Below, piece by piece: positions 37,161 through 49,853 of a DNA stretch of 64,000 nucleotides. Source of the stretch: Callorhinchus milii (taxonomy: Eukaryota). Position 1 is the stretch's first letter, and each line of letters begins with the position of its first letter. The notes below the pieces were generated by a model. It did not search any database. It was not told the origin of the DNA and was given only the letters and a program-made list of their open reading frames with translations. Location: NCBI RefSeq assembly GCF_018977255.1, contig NW_024704743.1, positions 52,950,001 through 53,014,000 on the forward strand. Reading direction: 5' to 3'. Position numbers and translations under genes: made by a program.

Positions 37161-37499
37161 TATGAGGCAGTGTCATACTGAAGGGAATTATAATCGAACT
37201 CCATCGCATTTGATAAGCAGTGTATCTTAGAGAAACAAACATTATATAAAAAAACCAAAAAATCCACTTTCATACAAAATGGAATATCAGCATTGTAATT
37301 ACACAAGAGCAGTCAGGTACCACTGATAACAATTCACTTTTCAGAAGGATAATGCATGCTGAATTTCACAATAATTTGATCAGTTATTTCTTGGACATTG
37401 TATCCAACTAGAGCATAGATATAATTTTACTTTTCAAGGATAAAAGATTGGTGAATATTGGTTTATGGAGGGTTAATAGCAACAACAAATTCAATAAAT

Positions 37500-38065
37500 A
37501 AATAATAATAAATTACACTTGTACATGCCCTTCACATCGGAAAGACATCCCAGGGTGCTGAATAATCAGGCGTTTTGGCCCGGAGCTGGGAATTGGGGTC
37601 AGAAGGGGAGGAAGGCAGGGAGGGATGTGGGTGGGAGAGTGGCCGAAGGCACGGTCAAAGAGGAAGATCTTCAGACGGGACTTGAAGGAGGCAAGAGATG
37701 GGAGGGTGTGGAGGGATTGCCAGGTAGACTTCCAGAGTGTGGGAGCAGTGATGCTGAATGCCCGAATACCAATGGTGGAGCAGGAAGTGCAGAGGACCTG
37801 AAGCAGGCTGGTGTCTGCCGAGCGGAGGAAACGGACAAGCTGATAGAGGGTTATGAGGACGGAGAGGTAGAGTGGAGCAAGACCGTGGAGGGCCTTGAAA
37901 GTAAGATTGAGGGTTTTGTACGCAATTCTCTGAGGAATAGGGAGCCAGTGAAGCCAGGCAAGAACAGGGATGATGTGGGAGAGGACATGAGCTGTAAAGT
38001 CCTGAATAATCTGCAGCTTGTGGAGGGGAGAGTTGGGAAGTCCAGTGAGCAGGCAGTTGAGTTCT
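37500..38065 (-). mobile_element. L2 LINE 3' fragment
   Basis: Reverse complement of the L2 C-terminus (LHKLQIIQ..; WLPIPQRI.YK..ILLSRP..V.LHS) and tail. Confidence 0.8.
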
Positions 38066-38168
38066 AATGGTTATCCTTGTATATGATCATTTACAAAAAA
38101 AACTAGATAAAACAAACTAAAAACATCCAAAGATAATACAAGTAATAGCATACAACTGCAGTGTGTAC

Positions 38169-38321
38169 CTGAAAGTGTGGTTCTTTCAGAATTTTAGCGA
38201 GTTCTGTAGCACTCTCGTTGCCAGTGGAGATGGGATTGATATCTTCTAAAATTTGTTTCACAAGTTCCACATTATTCTCCCTCACGGCTTCCAGTTTGGT
38301 TTCTTCCAATCGCTCATGAGC
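38169..38321 (-). CDS. MPP6: MPP6 coding exon 2 (153 nt, L27)
   Basis: gcttcag|GCT...CAG|gtacac; AHERLEETKLEAVRENNVELVKQILEDINPISTGNESATELAKILKEPHFQ. Confidence 0.96.
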
Positions 38322-38919
38322 CTGAAGCAGACAGAAACTCAGTTACTCAAGCATACACACCTCATGTAATATTAGTCACTTTTAGTGTACATCTGCCCTT
38401 GGTAGCGGACAGAAACTCATAGCATTCTTACAATTCCTTTTTATTTTTTGATCAGCCGGGTGTCTAACAGCCTACAGTGGGCTGACTTGATTCCGTTGTT
38501 AAGCATGTTTCCTTGGTTTAGGTTTGTATCAAAACTATAGACTCTACTTGGATGAACAAGAACTAGTAGAACTAGGATTCTGCTTCTATTATTTCCTACC
38601 TTTCGAGTTGATAGAATTTTAGCTCAAATCTGTTGTAATGTTTAATAAGCCTTGGGTTATGAAAAATAAAAATTCAGGAATTATGGCATGCTGTACTGCT
38701 CTTTCTCTACTACCCCAGTAATGGATCGGGATCTCAGCTCCTACTGCTGTTTTCGCGCTGTATTCATTCCCGTATTAAATAGAATGTTGAGTCAATTCAT
38801 TGTGGATGGGACAGAGGTTGACGTCCACTGACCCCTGTGTAAATAACTGAAACAAGATATTCTCACTACAAGTATGGATTTGCAAAGCTGTGCTTACCAT
38901 TGTCAACACAGAGCCTTGT

Positions 38920-39500
38920 CTAATAATCATAATCCTTGCATTTGATATAGAGGCTTTCATGTCATCAAGAAGTCTCAAAGCACTTCACAGGATATATTGT
39001 AAAGTGAATTAACTTTATTTATGGGCAAAACGCAGCAGTCAGTTGCGCATAGCAATGTCTCACAACAGTCGTGGATTGAGTGACCAAATTCTTAGATATT
39101 TTTTAAATTTTGAAGGCATGATTACCCCCAGAAAGCGATCTGCCAATTGACTAACAAGCAGATTCCTACTTACGGCTACGAAAACTAAATAGAGGCATGT
39201 GGAGTAAGGAAACTTGCCTAAGTTTTTGTTCAGCCCTTGAAACAACCAATTTTATTTGGAGGATTCTTGGCCAGGACATCGGAAGAAACTCCCTTCGCTT
39301 TTCAAACAGTGCCAGGGGATCTTTAAAGTCCATCTGAACAGACAGACCTTGGTATAACATCTCAGCCAAAGTAGGGCACCTCCAACAAGGGATCCAGCAC
39401 TACATTGCATGTCATCTTACACTATGTGGTTCCAAGTCCCGATGTGGGGCTTGAACTCACAACCTTCTGGCTCAGAGGCAACCATGCCAAGCTGATCTAA
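38920..39500 (-). mobile_element. tRNA-SINE (long subtype, head lost) abutting a Deu-domain SINE
   Basis: 38920-39230 reversed SINE body and tail; 39260-39500 reversed Deu core (gccaggggatctttaaagtccatctgaacag). Confidence 0.75.
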
Positions 39501-40495
39501 CTGTTGCTGAAAGTCTTCGCTATTAAAGTCTCTGCTGTAACAAGACAAAAAAGCTTTTCATTTCCCATTTAAAGATTTGACAATTTTACAAGAGATTAAA
39601 TAAATACATTCTACTGAAAATATTTTCTGAAGATACATTGCCCTCTAAAAACAGCCACTCAACCAATAATAAAAGAAACATTAAAGCCATCAAACTATAG
39701 TACTGCCCCTACCACAGATGCTCAAGTGCTGCAACCTTTAAATCACTTTTAAAAATAATAAAACTCTCAATGTTCTGGGATATAACTAAATTTTTGAGTT
39801 AAGCCAAATTCGCACAATGCCTGTTTAACTGTAGAATAGCTATGTTATGAATATCTGTGAAGATTAGGGTAAAGATTTATCAGATTATAAATTGAAGTTT
39901 TTATAATCCTGACTGGATTCCAAAACTGATCCTCCTTGCATCAGTATTACAATCCACATTAGTATTAATGTCCTGATAACCCTAGTATAATCTACATTCA
40001 AAATAACCCCAGCCATAGTTGAAGAACAGTGGGACAAAAAGTAAGTTAATGGTCAACCACCCCACTTCCCAAATAAAGAGCATAAATAAAATAATTTGGA
40101 TTGTACATATCTCGATGAAAATGTTGTACTCATGCTTTGCCTTCCTGCAGGCTTTTTTTTAATAAAACAGCGACTTGTAACCCTAGATGCCTAACTACAT
40201 GTTCCCACTCATCTACAAGTCACTGTTTCACTGGATTGAAGAGCAGAAGTAATGTACAATCTCCAGATAATTGCAGCTAAAATACGTTGGTTTAAACTGA
40301 ACTGAACAAAAAATTATTTCACTGAACAGATTTTGATAATCATGAATTCTGTTTACAGGTTCTCATCTTGAAGTATTACTGATTTGGACACAAAAAACAA
40401 AAACTGCATGATCTTAAAATTATCTGGTTCTCTAAAATTTATATTAGCTGCTGTAAAAATCTAGTTTTCAATATCATTAAAAAATCCAAACTCAC

Positions 40496-40555
40496 CATGA
40501 ATTCTGAATGCTTTTGTCTAATCCAGTGAATAAAAGTGCAATTTTTATCAGGCAT
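40496..40555 (-). CDS. MPP6: Candidate alternative first coding exon of MPP6 (MPDKNCTFIHWIRQKHSEFM)
   Basis: In-frame TAA then ATG at 40555, 20 open codons, ends phase 0 at consensus donor ATG|gtgagt; compatible with exon 2 (phase 0); no transcript evidence. Confidence 0.45.
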
Positions 40556-41011
40556 TTAATAAAGTCAGATTTTCTTTTGATATACACTTCTTCCCAAGCA
40601 TCGAGTCTTGCTGGAGTATGGTAGATGGAAACCAGCAGTCCTCCAGCGCCTCATGCAAGTGAATATTCGTCACACAAGATTCTGGATAGTGAGATTCCAA
40701 CTGTGCAACAGTGTACCGCACCATTGCAATCCTCGGTCAGGTTACTTGTTACAGATTACATGTGTACTTTCCAGTTCGGGACACTAGATAGGGATCAGGA
40801 ACAAGAACCCAGAATGATCCAACATCTCCCTCGACTCTGGAGGCAAGGTCATCAAAGCAGCCCTCCCTATCGCTGTTCTGCCTGAAATCAGCTAAGTTGA
40901 AATAGAGCAAATCTTCAACCTTAATCGGCTTTGCTCCACTGGGCAATGCCTTTATCTGTTTGACCACATTGGGGGGAAACGCCTTTTCATCTTGGTTAAA
41001 GTTCATTGCAT

Positions 41012-41025
41012 TTACGTCAAATTGG
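41012..41025 (-). promoter_or_regulatory. CRE/ATF-like site plus CCAAT box, candidate intronic promoter
   Basis: CCAAT (41021-41025) and TGACGTAA (41012-41019) on -, at the 5' edge of a locally CpG-retaining, non-repeat segment. Confidence 0.3.
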
Positions 41026-41044
41026 CTAGCAGAATTGTAAAAGC

Positions 41045-41530
41045 AGTGGGAAGCAGAACATTGTAAATGAAAAAAATCTCCGTCAGTGAGGCAATGACTA
41101 GAAGAGTATCGCAGGGATCTTCACTGAATACTCTGCTTTCACACTAATTATTCATCACTTGGAAGAAAATATTCTATTTTGATTTTGAAGAAAATATTGG
41201 TTTGGATACTCTTAAGCACAGTAATGGGTTTCCACATATGTCAGACACCCAGCCGACTACAAAAGAGAAAATACTTCTTGTATTATAAATTAATTCAATG
41301 CAGAAAAGTGTAAGGTGATGCATATGAGAACAGTAAATGTGCATACACGAGGAGACAGCATTTCAGTGGTCTATCAACAGAGAGAACCCAAGATGAACAG
41401 AGGTGAATGAAAATAATTGGGTGCAATTATGATCAATCAGTCACGAACATATGCAGTCAACATGAAACTACAATCACAAACAATCAAATATTGAGATACA
41501 AATAGGCAAGAGGTTGGCGACAAGTTTAAA
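41045..41530 (+). mobile_element. Very degenerate CR1 RT fragment
   Basis: Remnants of W..VT.GVPQGS...I.DLE (gaggcaatgactagaagagtatcgcagggatc) and FN.EKCKVMH (aattcaatgcagaaaagtgtaaggtgatgcat). Confidence 0.55.
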
Positions 41531-41574
41531 GTTTACAAGTACTTGAGTCTAACAGCAGTTAGTGCACTAGCCTT

Positions 41575-41905
41575 GCAAGCGAGAGGACTCGGGTTCAATT
41601 TCTGGCCAGGGCAAAATCTTAGGCAGGTTTCCTTATATGCCTCTGTTTACCCAGCAATAAGTAGGATCCTGGTTGTTAGTGGATTGGCGGGTGGCTTTCC
41701 TGGGGTAACAATCCCTCAAAAAAAATGTAATTGTTCAATTCATGACAGTTTGTGGGACACTGTTGTGCGCAATTTGTTGCTGTGTTTCGCCCACAAAATA
41801 CACAGTAAATCCACTTTACAATATATAAGCGCTTTGAGAAGTCTCAACCAAGTGAGATGTTTTAAAGCACTGATATAAGGCAATATATGAAATCCAAGGA
41901 TTATT
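41575..41905 (+). mobile_element. tRNA-derived SINE, long subtype
   Basis: ttgcaagcgagaggactcgggttcaatt...gcctctgtttacccagcaataagtagg...gtttgtgggacactg. Confidence 0.8.
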
Positions 41906-43750
41906 GTATATATTATAAACATTTTGAATACTATGGGCAATCTTGGGACAACTACTTTCAAAAGGACGTTAACTTGCATTTATAAAGCACCCTTAACGCA
42001 GGATTGTGTCTCACACCTCTGGGTAAGGCAGTCTATGATTCTACAACTGTGTTTCTGATAGTAGAGCAATGTGGAACAGGTAACCTACTCACAGCTCCAA
42101 AATCAGTTCTTTAGTTTTTAATGTTCTTAAGTACCGGGCATGTGATTATGTCTCCTAAATGAACATGGACATTGATGCCTCAGGTTAGCAAAGAGATTTC
42201 TTTGAGATATTCTGTAATCCGATTAAAACCCTTTCCCTCCAAAAAAATAAGTGTTAGGGACTTGTCAATTGTACGAGTACATTTTTTAGGTTTCATGCAC
42301 TCATGGATTTTGTTTTATTCTGCTCTCTGGAACTCCATTCAACTCACTATCTCCATCCCTTATTTAAAGCCTGTCTCTACATGCGCTTTTGGTCATCTTT
42401 GCCCCCACTCCCCATTTCCTTCAGCTCTCACCTCCAACTCTGGTGCCCAGCCAGGATTGTTAAGCGCTTTGTAACATCCTGATGTCAAATGAGCTGTATA
42501 AATACAACTTGTATTGTTTTATCCCAATTTACCTTTCACCTCAGATCAAAGACAAATTTCTTTCAGCGCATTTGGTACATTATTGTAATAGAATTTAGAT
42601 GTTTTGGAGGTGATGAAAAAAAGAGACAAACCATCTTGTCTCAAAGAATCATTTTCGATTTTTTTTACTATTAATAACATACGCACATTTTCATAATTTT
42701 TAAATATTCAGTGTTTATTTTGAATACAATGGCTTAACATGTCTGGCTTTGAACCAGAATGATCACTTAATTAATCTATTTAGGTACAGAATCAGTTTTG
42801 GAATGGGCATTCCAATATTTGGCCAGGGTATTCATATCCAATGTACAAAAAAATGTGTTTACGTTGCAACATAGCCTGTATTCAAAATGCAGGTTTGCAG
42901 TAAAAAGGAATAAGCCATCTGTCAGAGAATAAAACAGCAACAACGCTTCAGAATGGTCTCCCAACACTTTATAGCTGGTAGCTACCGAAATGCTCCACCT
43001 TCCAAATAAGAAAACAGGTCAGTGAAGATAAAGGCAAAAAGGAAGTTATTCCAACAAGAGATGGAGTACACAAGGTCTTCAACATGCTGTGCCAACCCGA
43101 ACATGTATTCACACACACGTAGACACACACACAACTCCAATCAAACTCCTGTACATCATGCAGAAGAGGCATGGAGCTCAGTACTTTTGTCAGAAAATGG
43201 AGGAGAGGGAACAAGTCAAAGAATTCCCTGGATGAATCCTGCACTCCAAAATAATAATAGTAATGCTTGCAAATGGCTGGCTCAAGAGTAGTGCTTGAAT
43301 TGATGCTTTTTTTTCTAGTCAGCCGGCTGCCTGACACCTGCAGAAATCCATCACCGTGCTTAGGCGTATCCAGATCAGATTGAGTTTGACAAATGTATGC
43401 CACCTACGTATAGAACTTTCCCTGTGTCTGAAAAGGAATGCACACTTTCTTCCTGGAGGGACAGACCCTACTTATCAAATTCCAAGAGTATTAGACATAG
43501 GTTGGCAAGAGCTAAGGATTAGGGATTCCAGAGTGTGTTTGTGATTTAAATATTGGGAGTTTAACCACATAGCTTTCTATTGAACGCACTGTCTGGCAAG
43601 CTCCCAGCTGCTTGCCCAGTGAAGACCATACTACCTGTTAAAAGTATCTTCATTGACATATCCTTCAAACCTCCTAAATAAAATTTTAAGTAGCTATTTA
43701 AAAAAGTAAAAAAAGCTGCAGCCACTCTTTATTATATACTCCCTCCAGCT

Positions 43751-43908
43751 TCACCCCAACAGAGACCCTCCCCACGGCCTTACCCCAACAGAGACCACCA
43801 ACAGCCTCACCTCAACAGAGACCCCCAGTCTCACCCTAACACTCCCCCCACAGCCTCACCCTAACAGAGACCACCCCACTACCGTCAGTCCCACCCCAGC
43901 AGAGACCA
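43751..43908. repeat. Minisatellite, about 6 imperfect units of 24-28 bp
   Basis: Repeated tcacc(c/t)(c/t)aacagagacc...cagcc. Confidence 0.85.
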
Positions 43909-45229
43909 GCTTGAAGTAAAAACGCAAAAAACAGATACAGAAATGGGAGGCAAAATGTAATTCTACAGAGGAAGGGGCAGAGTGGGGAAATAAACAAAAA
44001 GCTTGTTCTTCTCCTCCGCACTCAGCTTCACAGAATGGGAACAGTTGGCATACACTGTACCACAGCCAAACAGTTAGGCACCAGCTGCAGAGCTACGCAA
44101 CACACAGCGAATGCACTTGGACGCCCAGCTGCGTTTCACTGGTATTTAAAACAGTGACAGAAAAATTAAATTTTACCATCTGAACACGGGGCACATACCG
44201 TATGAATATGGGACTTGTGGATTGTAAATGCTTAGACTCCTTGCCAATTGATAGGTCCTAAACAGATGAAATTACCAGCTTCACAGATGGCTAAGTTGGC
44301 AAAAGCCTTTGATTGGCATGAAACAATCCTAAGGAGCAATTGCTGGTGTTTGCTGAGTTAGTGGTTTTCACACAGTTCAACACTGGGTTTGCTACCATTG
44401 GTATTCATGCCCCTGGGAATAGAAATGGGGAGGCACCAGGGTTCCTGCTTCAGGTGGCTATCTAAATAACCCCTGCTGAAAACTCCAGGTGAGTTCAGAA
44501 CTTTTATTTCACCTACAGCTATCTGTTTAAAAGAAAGTTGGAGGAATTACCGAGTACTGAATTCATCGAGCAACATGATCAGACTCTTTGCAAATGGATA
44601 GACTTAATATAGTAATGTTTAATATATTTAATGTTGAAAAACAGTCTTGAAAATTCACCAACCAAGTGAGAAAATTTTCGTTTTAATCTCTTCACCACAA
44701 ACCTGGCTTTCCAGAAGAAAGCTGTTCAGATGCAGATCTGTAAGCAGTTTGCATTGATTATGCCGAGAAAACACACAGTCACTACACTTTACTGTATATC
44801 CTGTGAAGCGTTTTAAGGTATCCTCGTGACATGAAAAGCGCGATAGCAAATGTAAGGATTTTTAAAAATTGCTGTGTCAGATGGCAGCCATCAAGCATTA
44901 ACAACTTTAAAATCCTGTTCGGCCATGGTTTTACACTTTAGAGTAGGAAACTCCAGAATATCACGCTATTAATCCACATACACAAGACAAGATGGAAGGG
45001 ACTTTGCCAAGTTTGATTAAGTGAATGCTTCAGCTGTTAAGGGCTGGAATGCACTCACTGGTTGGGAACCTTTAGTGAAAGACAGTCAGGCTGACCTCAG
45101 TGACATGGCAATTTAGCGACACAATTGGCAAGACTATCATTTAAACTCAGATTTAATTCTGAATGATCCCTCAGACATTTTATGATAATTCTAGTGAATT
45201 GTGGGGAGTTGGTGGAGAGGAAGGAATCC

Positions 45230-45650
45230 ACTCTTGCCAACTCCCTGGATGCATCAGCCCCAATTCGCTACCCTCTACTTTGGCCACCAGTGTACCAGCA
45301 CATTGATTTCAAAGTTCATGTCCTGGCCTTCAAATATCTTCACAATGTTGCCCCCTCCCTACCTTTGCAATCTCCTCCAGCTCTATTCTCCTGGCCAGGA
45401 CTTCCAATGCTCCAACACCATTCTGCTGTTTTGTTCCTTATTCCCTCAATCTCTGGATCTCTCTCCCAAAATCCCAGCACTTTGCACCTATCCTCCCTAC
45501 CATCAAATCCACTGCAAAAACTAATCTTTTTGAATATGCCTTTAACCCAGATTCCCTCAACTTTCCTTCCTGCTAACGGTGATTCTCCATCATTGTGAAT
45601 AGAATCGAGACTGAAAAAAGGATGCTATTTAAGTGTAAGTTCCTTAGCTG
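45230..45650 (+). mobile_element. Old L2 3' fragment
   Basis: LLWPPVYQHIDFKVHVLAFKYLHNVAPS, a degenerate L.WLPV..RI.FK..L.FK.LH.LAP. Confidence 0.7.
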
Positions 45651-45957
45651 CATTGTCAGCAGTAGTTTATCCTCCTGTCCAGGGAAGAATGATGAGCGGA
45701 AAAGAATAAATTTACCAAAAATGAATAAATTGATTAATACCCGTACAAAACAAATGGAGATTAGGCCATTAAACTGCTCCTTCCTATATACAATTTGTAA
45801 TTTACAATTGATTACACCCACATATTATCCCTCATATGTGAAAACCTATGTCACACTTGCACATGGGTGGATCTATGAACCTAAGAGTGCAAAATGTACC
45901 CTGGAAATTGCCTAACTGCAATATGTAATCACACTGCTTGGTGTGATAGAACAGTGG

Positions 45958-46230
45958 AGTCCTGTAGCTCAGTGGTTAGAGCACTCGCTTTGCAAGCAAA
46001 ACACCTGGGTTCAATTCCAGGCAGGGCGAAACCTTGGGCAAGTTTCCTTACTCCACATGCCTAATAATTATCTCTTCAAAGCAAAACAATAATAAATTGG
46101 TCATTTTCAGTCCATGACTGTTTGTGGGACACTGCTGTGCGCAATTGGCTGCCGCGTTTTACAGTATATTCTGTGAAGCGCTTTGAGACGTCGAGAAGAC
46201 GTGAAAAGCGCTATATCAAATGCAAGGATA
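45958..46230 (+). mobile_element. tRNA-Ala-derived SINE, short subtype
   Basis: agtcctgtagctcagtggttagagcactcgctttgcaagc...ccacatgcct|aataatta...aaatgcaaggata. Confidence 0.9.
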
Positions 46231-46419
46231 TCAACGTGTTCACAGCTTGTACACTTTTAAATTACACACTACAAGAATACACAAAGATGCTGGTCAGCTT
46301 GCAAAAACTGTCGGTTTATGCACTTTGCCCTTGGTCTCTGGCACTTTCTCACAGAATCCTTTACCTCTTAAAAATCCATTCTCGCTAACAGTATCGTTGA
46401 TCACCAGCTTATAAAAAAA

Positions 46420-47252
46420 AACTTTCCTACCTACCCTGCTCAGTGACCCCAATATCTCCCTCCACACCTCAGGCGCTGACAGCATCACCATCCATGGTGG
46501 CACACTCCACCTCACTGAGCCAGCTGGGAACCTTGGTGTTTTGTTTGACCCTCAACTATCCTTTCTACCCCACATCCATGCCATGTACCGCTCTGCCTTC
46601 CCCCACCTCTGTAATATCGCCCAGCTCCTCCACTGTCTCACACCGCAGGCCACCGAAACCCCCAAACACGCATCCATAACATCGAGGATTGACTATGCAA
46701 ACTCCCCGCTTGTCGGCCTTCTCAACTCCTCCCTCCAAAGGCTGCAGATCATCCAGAACTCTGCAGCCTATGTCCTCTCCCGCACCAGGCTCCGTGTCCC
46801 TATCACCCCCATCCTCGCCCGACTCCACCGGCTTCCCATCACACAGAGGATACAGTTCAAGATCCTGGTTCTCACCTTCAAAGCCCTTCACGGTCTTGCT
46901 CCGCCCTACCTCTGCGACCTCCAAACCCCTTACCATCCTGCCCACTCCCTCTGCTCAGCAGGCTCTGGACTGCTTCAAGTCCCGTTTCACTCGCCCCACC
47001 ATTGGCGGGCAGGTCTTCAGCCACTTTGCCCCCACCCTCTGGAACTCCATCCCACAGTCCCTCCGCCTTGCTCCCTCCCTCGCCTCCTTCAAGACCTTCC
47101 TCTTCAACCGTGTCTTTGGTCACCCTCCTTCCTGCCCTGCCCTCCACCCTCCCCAATCCTGACCCCCTGCTCGGGTCGGAAACACTGACTGTCCAGCGCT
47201 TTGGGTCATCCTCCCAGTGTGAAAGGCGCTATACGAATGTAATTTGGTTTGT
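46420..47252 (+). mobile_element. L2 LINE 3' fragment with intact tail
   Basis: FDPQLSFLPHI...SRIDYANSPLVGL..SSLQRLQIIQNSAA...ITPILARLHRLPITQRIQFKILVLTFKALHGLAPPYL; tail cagcgctttgggtcatcc...gaaaggcgctatacgaatgtaatttggtttgtttg. Confidence 0.92.
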
Positions 47253-47639
47253 TTGAAGTGCTTCGAGACAACTTGCATTTTAAACATGACAATATTCATT
47301 CTTCATGAATATACATTCGTCATGAATATTCATTCTTCTACGTGTTGTATGTGCAAGTGTATTTTCGAAATAATTTGTGCAAAAATTGGCTGGAACTGTA
47401 AAACAGAAAACTGTGGCATTGCTGTCATTTGTAATCATTAAACAAACACTATGGCACTATATTTAAGCAAAAGTCTTGATGTGTGAGAGAGGTAGCATCT
47501 GTTGTGTAGGCACTGTAGCAATATGTCTATATCACCTACATCACTGAGCTGATCCAAGACATGCAGGTAGGGGAAGTAAAAAAAAACCTGATATCAGCAA
47601 CATGAGAAGGGAAGGAGAGAAAAAGGTGAGATAACAAAA

Positions 47640-48300
47640 TAATAACAATGCTTGCATTTGATATAGGGTCTTATAACATCGTTGAGACATCTCAAAGCGT
47701 TTCACAGGATATACTATGTATTTTGCAGGCAAAACGCAACAGCCAGTTGGGCACAGCAACATCCCACAAACAGCCATGGAGTGAGTGACCAATTTTATTT
47801 GAGGGATTGTTGGTCAGGTCACTGGGCGAAACTCGTGCCATGGGGATCTTTAACATCCACCTAAACAAGCAGATGGGGCCTCAGTTTATCGTCTCATCCG
47901 AAGGATGGAAAAAATTTAAAAATTAAGATCAATAAAGTAAAGAAATAGACATAAGACAAAATGGAGGAACGTAAAGGAAGTTTCTCCTCGAGTCCTGGGC
48001 AACAATTCCCCAGATAAAATTGGTCATTCACTTCATTGCTGTTTGTGGGGCATTACCCTGCTCAAATTAACTGCTGTGTTTGCCTACAAATACAGTCACT
48101 ACACTTCACAGTAAAATCTTATGAAGCGCTTTGAGACATTGATGACATGATAAGGCTCTACATCAATTGCAAGTATTTTTCTTTTCATCATTTCAAGACT
48201 CCCAAAATACAATCAATTTACTTTACAGTAAAATCCTGTGAAGCGCTTTGAGGGGTCTCAATGACGTGGTAAGGTGCTATATCAAATGCAAGGATTATTA
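47640..48300. mobile_element. Head-to-head SINE remnants (Deu-type on -, SINE 3' part with double tail on +)
   Basis: 47640-47910 reversed tail and Deu core; 47975-48300 ggtcattcacttcattgctgtttgtggg...two gaagcgctttgag tails. Confidence 0.7.
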
Positions 48301-48542
48301 TATAAAAGAAAATAACACCGCAAAATGAGGCAAATTATTGACTGGTGTAAAATCAGTGCTAATAGCATGCAGAGACAACATAGTTTTCCAGCCAAACATG
48401 GCCACATTTCAAACTGTTATTAATCCCATTTAATCTGTAGAATTTAACCATTGAGTTGAAATTCATTCCCTGGGATACTTACATTGAAAAGTAAATGTCA
48501 TCACACAAGACAATATAAAGAAGAACAAGTCAAATACTGTAC

Positions 48543-48659
48543 CTTGGCAAGAGATCGGACAATGGGACTCTCCATTATTCCTTTGAGGAAGATGAGATCT
48601 ATTTCCTTGGCTCCCGTAGACACAGGAAACTCATTGAGGTTCTCCAGTACTTGCTGCAT
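48543..48659 (-). CDS. MPP6: MPP6 coding exon 1 (L27N); exon acceptor at 48664 or 48661 (NAGNAG)
   Basis: tcttcag|CAG|CA ATG...AAG|gtacag; MQQVLENLNEFPVSTGAKEIDLIFLKGIMESPIVRSLAK; the 11 exons sum to 1623 nt = 540 aa plus stop. Confidence 0.95.
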
Positions 48660-49375
48660 TGCTGCTGAAGAGACACAAAAATCAACTGTGAAAATTCTGC
48701 ACCAATTAGTGACGCTGCCATAATCATTCAACCACAATCACAGCTCAACACTTCGTGCTTCAAATTTGCATTTGAATCGGAATATAAATAGCAAGCCGCT
48801 GGTAGCCAAATTATTGATTCAATATTCGCACTGAAAAAGCATTACATCCAACATTGTGAAAAGGCTTCTTGCGGGTAATCATTTTAATTGTATTACTTAA
48901 TCGACTATACCTCAAATATCTATTCATTATTTACAAAAGGGGCACATACTCACCCAACATAATTTTTCTTAAATAAAAAATAAGCAGGAATTAGTTTGCC
49001 AATAAGTATTCATGACCCTATAAAAATGATCCTGGTGTGATCCCTGATTAAATAAAGCCATAGTAGTCAATATGGTAGAGGCATCGATCGGGGCACGAGG
49101 TGAGCTGGCCTGGGCAAGCAGCAATATTAATAATTAGAAGGGAAGAGAGGGGAAAGAATTCAGGACAAACTGAAGTGTAAGGTGTAATGAAGTGACTGGT
49201 AAGAAAATTTGAATTTTAGTTAAAAAGATAAATTCAAAGTTAAATTTGATATTGTAATGCGATCAACTTAAAATGGCTTGTCAACAGTTGATTTGCTCAG
49301 CCTCAAATCCCAAAAGTAACTTGTAACATGATTTCTCATCATGGAACTGAAGTTTGCAGCAAAATATAAATGTTG

Positions 49376-49853
49376 TAAAAGTCTTAATTACTGTGTGTAG
49401 AGCCTATAGGTACAATCAAGTAAAAATGTAGAAGGCTGCTGTAACCCCATCTAGGTATTGACGACGTCTATCTTTTAACTCAATTTCTCTGTGGGAGGAA
49501 GGAAAGAGAACTGTAATTGTCCATTGAATCCCAAAATCGCTTGGGCAGGAACTCAGAATGAGGCTTTTATAAGCTTCTATAGGCTCTACATACAGTAATT
49601 AAGTCTTTTATGAGCCTCATTCTGGACATTATACTATTTCAATTCTAGATCTTCAACTGAAAGTGACTGAAATTCTTCAATTTCTAGCTGAAATTAGCTG
49701 CAGCAAGAGGAATATGAGCTCATAAGAATGCACAGGCTTTACAAATAAATCAGATTCCAAAGAGAAGTCAGAAACCTAGTATGATTTGCATTGTGAAACA
49801 AATCATTTGAGAGACAATGTGTAGATTGTACTTGATTGTACCTATAGGCTCTA
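49376..49853. repeat. Foldback-type nested inverted repeats
   Basis: 49398-49422 is the exact reverse complement of 49829-49853; 49376-49409 pairs with 49577-49610 (32/34). Confidence 0.8.

Noticed and set aside
40749..41006. 85-aa minus-strand ORF as an independent nested gene
   Set aside because: No recognisable domain or homology; treated only as a possible uORF of the candidate alternative exon
43751..43908. Regularly spaced repeats as a CRISPR-like array
   Set aside because: Units are contiguous, imperfect tandem copies with no unique spacers, in a vertebrate intron; a minisatellite
18428..48659. Assignment to MPP2 instead of MPP6
   Set aside because: Some residues are MPP2-like (MESPIVRSLAK, ETPPPSP), but diagnostic stretches (RDWD.SGPFCGTI, PPFQRK, AAPELETLRAMHKAV.DAGITTKLLT, LDKAFEKLQTAIEKL) and the 540-aa length fit MPP6; a tree would confirm
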